Assembly (NCBI GenBank): GCA_965645245.1
Contig: OZ287075.1
Span: 496,001-560,000, forward strand
Direction: 5' to 3'
Source: Massalongia carnosa
Lineage: Eukaryota
DNA length: 64,000 nt
Positions 1 to 11,699 of the stretch are shown piece by piece. Position 1 is the first letter of the stretch, and the number at the start of each line of letters is the position of its first letter. The notes beneath the pieces were generated by a model. The model saw only the letters and a program-made list of their open reading frames with translations. It was not told the DNA's origin and did no database searches. Position numbers and translations under genes: made by a program.

Positions 1-2857
1 CCGAAGGCATGTGGGGCGCGCGGTACGCGAGTTCAAGGATCAGCACTGTGCACGCACGTTTCAGGTGGGGATGGAGCAGCCACCAGAGGGGACCGGAGTG
101 AAAGACTTGGAGGTTAAACCGGTCGGGGAGGTGGGCGAGAATGGCTCGCGCGGCGTGAACACATTTGTTCGCGCAATCTAGATTCAGTTCGTGGGAGTTT
201 TTGGACTGATGGGGAATGCGGCGGTCAAGCCTGCACAGGCATGGGCGATGGATGATTGCCCTGGTGCTGTTGAACAAGATGCCGAGAGCCGTACGGTATG
301 CCTCGCTTTGGGGATTTACCGGAGGGGTTTGGACATCAAATGTTTTTGAGACTTTCGTGCTCCATTGGAGGAGCTCCTGGTCGAGTTCTGTTATGCGCTT
401 CTGGATCTTTGCCCATTTCAGGTGCTTCACTTCCGGAGCGTAGAGTTTGGTTACGGCCGCCTGGGCCAACGTGTTCAATTCGACGTAATAGAGGAAGTAA
501 GCGGGTGACTTGGCAGAATCGGGCATTGGGGCAGGAATGACGTTGAACGACCCCAAATCGCGAGCTGCCTCCATCGGGGACGGCGCGTGAGAAATATTAG
601 AGCTTTGGGTATCGGAGAAACTCTCTTTCCGAGTGCTTAGCGACGGCAAAGGGACAGTGCAATCTCGAGCACGGATCATAGAGGGACGACCTGTGATAAC
701 TGTCAGGGCTCGCTCCAATGAAACCGTCGAGTGCCAAATGCGCCCTCGAAATTCCTTCTCAGCATCGGGTAGCATAGGAGTCACGTTTTGGAGATGCATG
801 CCAAGAGCCTGTGCGCACCGGATCGCAAGACCAACCGTCGTCCACGCTCTGGGATGATCGGTTAGCCCAGGGGTTTGAAAGATCGTTTTGCTTGGCTCAC
901 CTATTGATCTGGTGGATTACCGTAAAGTACATGCCGCCCAAGCCGAACACTTGCACCTGGCCATAATATACCAAGTCATTCAGGACCCCCATTTCCACGC
1001 CGAGGATCCGAGCTCTAGCAAAGTAAAGAAGATGATCTCTATCGTCACCAGCCCATTCTGCTCCCGTCCTGTGCGCGTGGACGGCGCCGATGGCGAACAC
1101 CAGTTGGAGAATCGCGAAGAATGTGCGATCTTTGAAGGATTCGTTTTCTTCTAAACCAAAGTGGTCTTCGTACTGTTGGAAAAAACTCGTTTGATCGATG
1201 ATTGGAAAGGTCGGATGGACAGTAACGAAATATACATTAACAAGAGCATCCGCGGTTGCTTTGACAGGTAAACCATAAGGGTCTATTTGATTCCCAACGA
1301 CTGAAGAATCTAGGTCTTCTGAATATGGAAATGATTCTGTACTATCGATTTTCTGCACACTGCGCGCTGATGCAGGACCAATGGTTGGCAGTTTATGCTT
1401 TCTATCCCCTGGATTTGAGCCTGACAGTTCAAGTTCCAGACGTTGTAACCATTTCTCCTCTGACGCTTGTCCTATGAAAGCCTGCGATTTCTTCCCACCG
1501 TCTACTTCCTGGAAATTCTCCTCATTGGCGTTATCTGGAGACCCAACAGATCCGACTCCAGAGACCACGTCTTCACCGCCGCAGTCTATGCTAGAACTTC
1601 TAGAAGCGTTTCTCAACTCTCTATCTTCTCCCAGTTGCGGGGCCTATGCATGTAAGTTGAAGGTGGTCCAGAGAAGGAAAGTACGTTTACCATAAGCAGA
1701 CACGTCTGAATGGCCGTTTGATCATCGTCGTCAACTTGTGGGATGAACCGAAGAAGAAGCTTCTCATAGGCGGCTAGCTTTTGCCAAAGATTCGCCACCA
1801 ACCTAAGCTCATGTTAGCTACGGTCCAGTTTAGCGGAAAGGTCGTCCTAACTTTTTTTCCATATCCCTCTTTCCATCGGCATAAACACAAGGACATCCAA
1901 CGTTCTTGCAATTTTGACAGAACGGTCTTTCTCCAGGACATCTAGTTTTCCTCTGCCGGCATTGTTCGCAAGCCTGGCTGATGCGCTGAATACGTGGCCC
2001 TCCTCCAGGTACGATGCCAGCGTCGCTCTCTTTCTTCACCCGCCTAATAGAAACCTTCGAGCTTTCCGGTTGCATGCCCTTGATCTGGGATGTCGGAAGA
2101 GCCAACGGACGCTTTACACCTGTGAGATACGTGGTTGGAGAAGTAGGTGAGGGCTCTGTAGAGTACAAAGGGAATCGATCGCTATCAGCCACAAGCACAT
2201 AGTGGGCAGTTCAAACGACTGACCTTCACTCTTGCGATAAGAGGCGTCACACGTTTTTCTTTCTTGGGCGCGCTTAAAGTCTGCCACATATTGCACGTAC
2301 TGCTTGTAATTATCACTCTTTTGATATTCTGCAAGATCTGCTTTGTACTTCTCCCAAGGCTGCGCCGTTCGTTGTTTCCATCTTTCCTTTTCCTCGGGTG
2401 GAAGCGTCTGCCAGCTCTCACCAACACGTCGCGATATTTCCGTAAAAGAGAGTGACTGCGCTTTAAGCTCTTCTCGCATGTGGTTTGAAAACAATACGTA
2501 AGCCGAATATGGGCGTTCTGGCGCGTTGGGATTAGGCTTAGGATGATGCCGGTAGCCCCGTTTTCCCTGGCTTGGTGGTTGCACGTCGTCTCGGTTTCTA
2601 GTGAACCTGCCATCATGATGTGGATCGCCTATTGTAGGGTACAGGGGCACAACGAATGCAGGATCCTGGGCTAATCTTCGTGTGTTGGCAATCTCTCTTT
2701 GCAGTTTCCTTCGGTGACCCAAGTCTACACTCAATGCCTCCAAATCATCTTCGGTGATTTCAAGCACCGTCTCCCAAGAATCGAAACCAGCATCTAGGAA
2801 GCGATCCAGGTATTGCGACATGTCCAGCCACGACAACGTCAATTCTAAGTCGGCCAT
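1..2857 (-). CDS. Multidomain transcription factor: SAM domain + HMG box + Zn(II)2Cys6 cluster + fungal-specific TF domain; 3' end runs off the window
   Basis: SAM-like N-terminus (LDMSQYLDRFLDAGFDSWETVLEITEDDLEALSVDLGHRRKLQ); HMG box (PERPYSAYVLFSNHMRE...W..L..EEK..W); CEQCRQRKTRCPGERPFCQNC...C; VHPTFPII and GRIWHS..LER..TGRP motifs. Introns 2156-2223, 1803-1851, 1644-1690 and 849-900 are GT..AG and keep the frame. Confidence 0.85.
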
Positions 2858-4188
2858 CGCGAGAAGACTTTAGTATGCCTTGGACTAGGTGATCGCAAAG
2901 CTGCAACTGATTTAGGCTTCGCTGTAAATTGGTGAGGCAAGACAATTCAGCATGACTATCGACAAACATATAGCGGGTCTAGGTACTAGATTTTTGGTCG
3001 CTCACGCCTGCAGGAAGGATGTGATTATGCTTTCGTAGCATTCTATCCTTTGATACCAGGATCATATAGGCTGAATCGCTCTCTTGTTAGGCTATAGGAT
3101 CTGAGGCTGATAGACAGATGAGCACCATTCATTCGAGTTGAACCACTTCCGCGGAATAGCGTTCAATAGCGCTCTTTGGATGAAAGGTAGGAGCATGCAA
3201 TTCCTGAAGCTTCTCCATGTAAGTGGAGTTAAGAGGAAAAGCTGTCGATGCCCCAAGCGAACAGGTATGTTAAGCCGATAGCGGATGTTTAGCTACACGG
3301 TAGGACCGCAAAGCCAGCGTCTTATGCAAGCAATGTGATGGACTACGAGCGTGTATTGGACGAAGTCCCAACGGTACAGGTGGTGGCTTTCGGTATTGAC
3401 TTTTTGCAGCAGCCCTTGTTAGTATGAGACTTTCGGCGAAGGTATTTGTCAGGCGGTTGAAAAATGGTTGAAGGTACAGCGAGGTACCGAGCAGGTTTAT
3501 GGTGACGGTTTTATCAAGGTAGCTACGGGATTCGTTGGGCGCGGTGGCGGATTTCCGATGCGATACTAGTCCCTTAACGATGCAAGCTTAATGCACTACC
3601 CCGGATCATGTTTCCGGGACGGCGAAAATGCAGCGGAGGTTGCTCCTAAGACGCTCCTTTGACGCTCCTAGAGTGCTCCTAAGTGACCCGAGCGGAACTT
3701 CCCCCGATGGGCACTTTATCACGTGATAGTGCGAGGTGGCGCGACGGGGTAGAAAAGTAGATCTGTCCCCAGATCGCAACTGGGCTCTGCAAGACTGGGA
3801 GAAATGATAAGGATGGTGGGGAATCGACACGACTGTGCCTTGCTTACCTAAGGTCGACTTGTTTCAAACAGTTTTAAGTTCAAATATCTGGAGCATTTGG
3901 TTGCGTAACATAGGTAGGTACTCGTGACGCCCAGAGCTCTGTCCGTTTCCTATTGAAGTGTAGCGGACTAATTACTGGAATCGCTGGCCAATAGGGTCCC
4001 GCAGACCTGGTATCACTGGCTTTGGGCTGGTTTGCAATGACTCTTCAAGATTGAATTGGGTAGATTTAACCTAAGAAAACGGAGCAGATTTTGGGGGAAG
4101 CATCAGAAATCGATCAAATACAAAACAAAGGACTATGAAAACCGCTTGTGGCTTCGAGTACGTCATCGAATCCTTGCATCCAACTTGG

Positions 4189-5028
4189 TTATATATTGGT
4201 GTGGCCAAAGGGTAGCTGGTTTTCCTCAAGATACGCTGAGAGGGGAGGTGGCATCTGTAACACGAAATCAGGCTTCTTCCGACCAGTTGGCCGGAGAGAG
4301 ATAGGGCTTTCGGTTAGGGATGGCCGGGGAGGCGGAGGACTCTCGATGAGCGTTATTAAGCAAGGATTAAAGGGAAATGGGGTGGTAGCTCCCGATGGTT
4401 GCCTGTCAGTCAGGGTAGATTGAGCCGGCGGCTGCTGTCGATCCGGGGAGGAGATTGAAGATGGCTCAGAGATCAGATCCACAACCCTTCCTGCAGAAGG
4501 CGACTCCTCGGGATTCAAGCATTTATCCAGCGCCATGATATCATCCCACTTCTCTGAGACGAGGACTCCAAGCCCTTCCAGAACTTTATGCGTGAGGGGC
4601 TGACCGTACGCATCGTGATCTAAAGGAGGGCCAGTCCATCCTTCCCCTTTTTGCATTGATCGGTACATTAATTGGATGCCGGCAATCAGTTGGCTCTGTT
4701 GTCGCTCCAACATTTGGACATATCTGGTAAGAATAAGTGGATACGACCGTTTTTGAGGGGTCCCTAACTCACCCTTTCCGATACAGAGTCTTTTCAAACC
4801 TCGTAGGGTTTCCATATGCGCAAATGGCATTGTCAGTTTGCAGCGATTGCAAGGACTCAATCCGTCACACTGCTTTTGCTGAGCGGGAAGTTAATATAAC
4901 TTGATTGAGCCTGTGCATACCTTGTACTTCTTCAGTCTGCACCTTTGACAAGCACTGACGACACGTCTTCGCAAACCACTAGTTGAAGAGACATCGCTCA
5001 CCGAACCTTTGGAATCTTTCCGGGCCAT
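4189..5028 (-). pseudogene. Small Zn2Cys6 transcription factor (Fcr1-like family) with an apparent 1-nt frameshift in the cluster
   Basis: ATG 5028, RRRVVSACQRCRLKKYK, intron 4870-4920, CDGLSPCNRCK. Adding one A near 4838 restores TDNAICAYG...YRKG, then intron 4724-4772 and YVQMLERQQSQLIAGIQLMYR...GQPLTHKVL. Could be an assembly error. Confidence 0.7.
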
Positions 5029-5638
5029 AGAAGATTGTCAAGCTTTCTGGAGATGGGAAGGAAGCTTGAGCGTCTTGTTAGAACTTTTCTCAAACCTGTC
5101 CCAAATAGTTACTGAATTTGCCCTGATTCTGATGCCGAAAGGTGACTGGCGGGCCAGAAATGATGGTCTATCAATGCTTTTGGGTGGTCATAGTATCAAA
5201 CGAACATCTGAACGGCAGAGAAGCGACCAGCATCTAGGATATATGCAACTTATAATCGATGCAAGGAAAACTTAAATGACGTATAGGCAACTTAAGTGTA
5301 GACTTTTTGTACCCTTGAAGCGGAGAGGCAAGTCAAAGACATGAGATCTCTCCTCTTTAGCATGTTCGTCTCGGCTTCTATCAAATTTCTTCACCAAATC
5401 ATTAATTAACGTGGCCATTCCACAGCAAACTTGACGAGAACGGCATACCGTATAATTTCCCATATAAGCCTCGGGGCGTATAGCTAAGATGACTGAACCG
5501 AGGTGATTTTGAACGGGGGTTTATAGCCAAAAGGGGTTAATAGCCAAATCATTTTTATAGTCAAATAGGGGCTTATAACAACGGGTGAAAAAAAAAAAAT
5601 TTCCCGGCACCCCCCAATACATTTTCTCTTTTTTTGAT

Positions 5639-5862
5639 CATTGCCCTTCCTATACATTGCCCTTCCTATACATTGCCCTTCCTATACATTGCCCTTCCTA
5701 TACATTGCCCTTCCTATACATTGCCCTTCCTATACATTGCCCTTCCTATACATTGCCCTTCCTATACATTGCCCTTCCTATACATTGCCCTTCCTATACA
5801 TTGCCCTTCCTATACATTGCCCTTCCTATACATTGCCCTTCCTATACATTGCCCTTCCTATA
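5639..5862. repeat. 16-bp minisatellite (CATTGCCCTTCCTATA) x14 inside the transposon 5' region
   Basis: Directly visible perfect tandem array ending 9 bp before the transposase ATG. Confidence 0.95.
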
Positions 5863-5871
5863 CATCTCAAT

Positions 5872-7086
5872 ATGGCCCCCCCACATATATCTCCTAAAAA
5901 GACTCCTACCGGTCCTCGTACAAAATCAGTTGTTTCCAGAAGCTTATGGGCATCAAGTGTCAAAAAATCAGGCTATTCACAGTCATCTCAGACATCTTTC
6001 GGAGACAATACTCAGATAACTGAACAGTTTCGTTTGATACGTGAATCGGCTGATGACGTGTCTAATAGAAATTCGGATGATGAAATCACTCGTCGAAGAA
6101 AATCCTACACACGAGAGAATAAGTTAGCTGCTATCAACTATGCTACAACAACTTGGAAGACTCAAAAAGACGGAACTCTTAAGCTTATTAGTAAATACGA
6201 AGCTGCAAAAAATCTAGGAATTGATCTAGCTATGCTTCGTAGATTGTTAAAAACAAGCTCCGTAATCGAAAACATGAGTACTGGAATCAGAAAAAAAAGA
6301 CCTCTCAATACTGGCTGTCAGGAACCGGAGTTGGAAAGACAGCTGATTGAGCTGTTTAAAGAGAAAAGAGAAGCTGGAATGAAGGTTGATAAACGATGGA
6401 TTATACGTCAGGCAAAACATATATATGCCGAGTTGTATCCACATCGAATTATTCGAAAAGCGGGGAAAAGAGATGAGTATCTAGGCTTCAAATTCTCTGT
6501 TGGGTGGTTTAATAACTTCAGGAATCGAGTCGGTATTTCTCCACGAGCAGTTACCAAAAAATCACAGATAGTTTCCGAGAATTTGCGGTCCACTATTGAA
6601 AGTTGGCTGCAATTCAATCGACGTAATTCTCAGCCCTTAATAGGTCAAATTCCACAGCACGGAGGGGGAAGATATCGTCTTTGTGATATTGGTAACATGG
6701 ATCAAACCCCAATTGCGTACGAATTTCTGGACGGACATACCTACGATTTCAAGGGGGCTAAAACGATATGGGCCAAGACGCATAGATCGGGATGGGATAA
6801 GAGACAAGCTACACTAATGGTATACGTCTCTGCTGATGGGATAAATCGTTGCAAACCGCTTCTTATCTTCAGGGGAAAAGACGGAATCAAAAACAGTCGT
6901 ATAAAGAAGGAGATAAGTCAGTATCATACAGGGGTGTCGGTCCAATGGAATGATACTGCATGGAGCAATACCACGGTCATGATTCGATGGCTAAAGTATG
7001 TTTTAAGAGATGAAATAGGGTCGAATATTGAGGAAAACGATGGCGGGGAAGATAATAGCGGCGACAGCGAGATGGATGAAGAATAA
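5872..7086 (+). CDS. pogo transposase (CENP-B-type HTH + truncated DDE_1)
   Basis: RRKSYTRENKL HTH, FKFSVGWFNNFRNR, IGNMDQTP (first catalytic D), KRQATL..KPLLIFRG, AWSN. The ORF then jumps to an acidic tail without the later catalytic motifs. Confidence 0.85.
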   Translation: MAPPHISPKKTPTGPRTKSVVSRSLWASSVKKSGYSQSSQTSFGDNTQITEQFRLIRESADDVSNRNSDDEITRRRKSYTRENKLAAINYATTTWKTQKDGTLKLISKYEAAKNLGIDLAMLRRLLKTSSVIENMSTGIRKKRPLNTGCQEPELERQLIELFKEKREAGMKVDKRWIIRQAKHIYAELYPHRIIRKAGKRDEYLGFKFSVGWFNNFRNRVGISPRAVTKKSQIVSENLRSTIESWLQFNRRNSQPLIGQIPQHGGGRYRLCDIGNMDQTPIAYEFLDGHTYDFKGAKTIWAKTHRSGWDKRQATLMVYVSADGINRCKPLLIFRGKDGIKNSRIKKEISQYHTGVSVQWNDTAWSNTTVMIRWLKYVLRDEIGSNIEENDGGEDNSGDSEMDEE

Positions 7087-7698
7087 TAGGAAGGTACTTC
7101 AAATTCAGTGAGAATTACTAGGAAAATTAAGTACCTCTATATCTTCTTAAGAATTAGGAGCTTATAGCCCAATACCCCCCCTCGGTCTGAAAATTCAATT
7201 TTAGAACACAGGCTTATAGCTGAAAAGGGGTTAATAGTTAAGTCCAGGCTTATATGGGAAATTATACGGTATATCACTATGTGAGTCAATCAAAGCGCTA
7301 AGATTTATCTCCCTCGTAAATCGCAGGCTCTAATGGGTTGGAATGCCAAGCCTATGGAGAGGCGATGAAGCGGTTTCTAACGGTAGTTTCGAGGCATGCA
7401 TATTCAGGATGGGAAAGTCGCAAAGTCGATGACATAAGAAACTTTTAATCCGGTAAGTTGGGAGAAGTCGATAAGTACAGTACGCTAGATGTGTATCATC
7501 ACCAATCCATCATGGGGGAAGTGCGATTTCCAACGCCTCCCGCAATAGCCTCAGTTTCCTCTTCTTTCGAATTAATGACATCATCTGAACAATGCACCGT
7601 TCAGCCTTTGAGTCTTTGCCCAACTGTCATGTTCCGAGATTTTTGCGTCATTTCTTGAAGCGTCAGCGTTCGTTGGACGCGCAACTTTAGCGGTACAT

Positions 7699-7740
7699 AT
7701 ACAGAATACAGAATACAGAATACAGAATACAGAATACAGA
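7699..7740. repeat. (ATACAGA)n heptamer microsatellite, about 6 copies
   Basis: Directly visible. Confidence 0.85.
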
Positions 7741-8119
7741 GAACAGCGTACTGAGTACAGAGTATAGAGTATGCAGGATGCAGTAATGCCAGAATGCCAT
7801 CGTGCCGTTGTCTGGATGCGCCCGATGGGGTGTGTTGGTGGCTCATACTCTGTATAGAGTCACTAAAGTTACATGTAAGTAATATATTACCTATCAGCCC
7901 TATGGGCTCCCGTCTGTGGCCAAGCAGAGCTAAGACCTCTGACCTCATTTTCCCTCCCCTAAAACATGCTATTATGATCACGAAAAAGCCAACGGTTTTC
8001 TTACCGTCACCGTTAGTGACAGGCAGACATCGCTCTCTTCTTGCAATCGCGGCCAGTATTAGCATATCGCATTCACTCGGAACAACAATCATTGTCACCA
8101 GTTCTTTCTCTTTTTCGAA

Positions 8120-10277
8120 ATGTCATCTGGTCCAGAGAGCCAGGGTTTCCCACAGATGCGGCCTTCGAGCTCATCGGCGGAAGCTGAACCAGCGTTCGTC
8201 CAACCAAGATCGCGCGCTATGAGCAGCGCGGGTATTGTGAGTAGAAGGAGGAGGGTTCCAGACTCCGTGACACCGAACGCGTGCACCAATTGTAAAAAAG
8301 CAAGGGCAAAGGTAACAGAATGGCATTGACACGTTCGCTTTGCATGTCTGTTCATGCGCTAAGTGATGCCCTGGCAGTGCGATGGCGTTAAACCAGCTTG
8401 TAAACGATGCGTCGCTCGTGACATCCAAGTCGACTGTCACTATGAAATTCATGCCAAAACGGCAAAAGAGCAAATGATTCGCGAGATTCAGCGTCTTCAA
8501 AAAAAGAATGAAAGCCTTGTAGAGGAAAACGACTCTCTTGGGGAGAGAAATGTCTGGATTGAACTGATCATCGAATCTCTGAAGAATGACCGTCAGGGAA
8601 CGGAAATCATTCGAAGATTGAAACGAGGCGAGACACATCAAGCCATTGCGGAATGGCTTGGCCGACCCTTGATAGCAAACACGGGAGATCTCTCACCATC
8701 GTCCGAACGTCAACTGAGCGAGGCGATCGAGTCCTATCATAGAGATTTTATCGACAACCACGACCCAAGGTACTGGACGGATGTCACGAGGGATGTGAAT
8801 CTTATTGAGCATCTGCTCAAGCTGTACTTTGCCTGGATACATCCAGTGCATATGCTTTTTGATGAAGTCCATTTCATGACTAGTCTTCGAGCCTGCTCCG
8901 ACACCTATTGCTCAGCAGGGCTAGTCAACGCCGTCTGCGCCATGGCGTGTCATCTTTTTCGCACCAGCCTGGACGACGATCCAGCTGTGCAAACTGCAAT
9001 CGACTCTCTCCGGGAGCAATTTATGGCAGAAGCTCGCTCGCACATCAAAGAGGCGGATTATGGCAAAATGACCGTTATACAAACATATGCCATCATGTTT
9101 CTTACAGAGTTGGGTGCTGGGTCTGGTCAAACAGTGACATCTCACCTCAGACTAGCCACAGAGTCATTATTTGCTAAACAGCATGCCGAACAGTCACGAG
9201 AGTCGGAAGAAGTAGCTTGCTGGGGAGTATTGACGCTCCACACGTATGTCTCCTAACTTGTTGATATAGGAACATCCTAACAGCAGTAGCGCTTGGTCAG
9301 GTTTCATCTATCAAAAACCATCGGCTCCAATCTCTACCCAAGCCATCGTTTTCCGGGACATTTCTCTATCCCAACCAGACTCCCCCTGGGTTAACTATCG
9401 TCAGCCAGGGGATGAGTCACCCTCCAATCGTCCTTGTTATGCGCAAATAACGGTATCTGAACTTGCAAAGCTATATCAGGTTATTCATGAAACGATTCTC
9501 TTGTATTGTGCCCACGAGGGCAAGTTGGCCCCTGGGTCGCTGGCGGATCTGTACAAACGATACTTAAGTTGGAAAGAGGATTTACCTGTAGTCTTGCGGG
9601 ACGTTGAAAGGGATGCTGATGCTCTTCCCCATGTTCTATTTCTCCAGTTGAGTGGTTTTCTCTCTCGTAGTCAGGAGACGAGTGCTGAATGATCCAGCAT
9701 ACAATATTACACAGCGATGGTCAACATGCTTCAGCCTATTTTGGAACTCGACCAGACCCACGAATCTTATGACCACCTTCAAAATCTCATCATCACGAAT
9801 GCAAGACAAGGCCTAGTTCTCCTCGTCCAGTATCAAAAAACCTACGGCTATGCTTATCAATCGCCCCTGCAACTCTTCTGTACCGTTCACATATGCGACG
9901 CTCTCGTCCGGCACGACGGCTCCAACACCTCCACTGAGGATGTCGTTCGCTTCTGCCTCGAATGCCTTGAAGAAGCTAAGTTCGGCTATTCTGTTGCCGG
10001 GCCATTACAGCAAATGTTCCGGCTTGCCGTGGGCGAACTCAACGTGCCCGTGCCTGATGACCTGGAAAAACTCATTGGGCCTTCTTCCCAGTATGGGCCG
10101 GAGGAAATGCTGAACGCTTGCACGCGGGTTACTTACCGGCCGCCCATGAACCAGATCCTGTACAACATGGAACCGCGCCTTGGCCAGGGCTTTGTGCGCG
10201 AACTGAAACGCATGAACGAGATTAGTGACAACGGGAAACCGGATTCGATGAAGATCGATTCTTTGCTAAACTCGTGA
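8120..10277 (+). CDS. Zn2Cys6 transcription factor with fungal TF domain (NirA-like family)
   Basis: ACTNCKKARAK|CDGVKPACKRC...C across intron 8312-8377; LYFAWIHPVH; further introns near 9245-9288 and 9648-9698; stop at 10277. Confidence 0.88.
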
Positions 10278-10651
10278 TTATAGAAGAGTGTAAACGGCAG
10301 TAACGGGGGGATCTTTACGACTGGGGCGATGAGCCAAAAGTCGACGACTGTGGCCTTGCATTTTTCGTTGGGCAGCGGATTGGAAACCTTGAGCGAGATT
10401 CGTATCCTGCATTTGAGCGCTTCTCCTGGGATAGCCGACATTTCATGGCGCCCCCCATAGATCGGCCTCAGATGCCGTCATTTGAGCTGTGCATACCGGC
10501 CAAGTCGGTCATGAAACTTGTAGATGAAACAAACAATTATATTCACGCTTAAGCAGGGGATGATAACTGAACCCCAATCGTACAAGCTTTAACCCCCTCC
10601 GGCCCGCTTTCTAGAGCCCCTTTCCTATGGTAAACATCCCCATCCCTCCGG

Positions 10652-11699
10652 TCATGTCCCTTCCCCCTCCCGCTTCGGTCTCAGCTCCACCAACCACAAC
10701 GTCCCCAAATGCCTCCTTTCCACTCTCTCCACCACCAACCCGCTCTCCCGGACCAGAGCCCCCACATCGCGATTCCACCAACACCCATGCTTCGCGGCAT
10801 GGGCCCCCGCCGTTCGGTCCAGCACCCAGTTCACCCACCCGTAATACCCCCTCCCATGCTCCAGCAGCAGCACCCGTCCCCCGTCCGGACGCGTCAACGC
10901 GCCCAGGCGCCGGAGCAGCTCCGCAGGCTGGGGCGTTGAGCAGAGCCCCATGGTCTGAACCACCGTGTCGTAGCGTCCGTCTCTCCCCATTCTTCCCCCA
11001 TCCGCAGCCACCACCACCGCCACCTCCTCCTCCTCCGCCTCCTGCTCCCTCTTCTCTCCACCTGCCAACCCCAGTCCAGGCCCCGGCACCGGTCCCAGCG
11101 CCGACCGCGCGAAGAACCTCGCCCCGCCGTACCCCGGCCGCAAGCGCACGAATTTCTCCCGCGCCACCTCGACCATCGGCGCGCTCTGATCGACAAAGGT
11201 CAAGCTCGCGCAGCGGCGGAGGTCGTAAAAGGCGGCGTTGCGGCCGGTGCCGACGCAGGCCTCGAGCACGTGGCCGCGCGCCTGGCGCGCGAGACGCTTG
11301 CGCAGGGGGGTGATGCGCAAGAGGGTTTCGGAGAGGGAGACGGTGCCGTCGAAGGTGGTGGCTGTGGCGTTGTAGCGGGCGGTGGTGTCGGTTGGGGGGT
11401 CGGTGGAGGGGGAAGGGGGGAGCGAGGAGAGGGTGGTGTAGAGGTATGCGGAGTAGGTTGTGGTGGCGTAGAGGAGAAGGGCGCCGATGATGAGAGGGGT
11501 TTTGCGGTGTTGTTTGTTGGGTGGGGGGGGAGGGGGAGGGGGAGGTGCCGGTAACGGTCTAGGAAGACAGGTTAGTTTTTGATGGGCGGAAAGGGGGTTA
11601 GGAGTGGAGGGGTGGGAGGGGTGGAGAGGAGAGGAGGTGGAACCTGAACGGTGGGGTTGTGGCCGCAGGTTGGGGTTTCCGCCTGCGGGGTTTGCTCAT
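10652..11699 (-). CDS. OMS1: Mitochondrial class I SAM-dependent methyltransferase, OMS1-like
   Basis: VLEACVGTGRN motif I, YDTVVQTMGLCS, LLLEHG..HA.KHGCWWNRD; N-terminal TM segment IIGALLLYATTTYSAYLY; frame-preserving intron 11559-11643. Confidence 0.8.

Larger units (their letters stand above)
5448..7269 (+). mobile_element. pogo/Tigger-type (Tc1-mariner superfamily) DNA transposon, internally deleted
   Basis: Perfect 24-bp TIRs CCGTATAATTTCCCATATAAGCCT (5448-5471 / 7246-7269), flanked by TA TSD (5446-47, 7270-71); contains a transposase ORF. Confidence 0.92.

Noticed and set aside
5529..5540. AAAAGGGGTTAA in pogo subterminal repeats (also near 7223) is complementary to the candidate telomerase template
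   Set aside because: A short low-complexity match inside a transposase-site motif; not tandem and probably coincidental.
5585..6019. ORFs with LPIHCPSYTLPFLYIA repeats
   Set aside because: Artefact of the stop-free 16-bp minisatellite; the real transposase start is more likely 5872.
10627..11313. Proline-rich + strand ORF
   Set aside because: Antisense shadow of the GC-rich OMS1-like gene.
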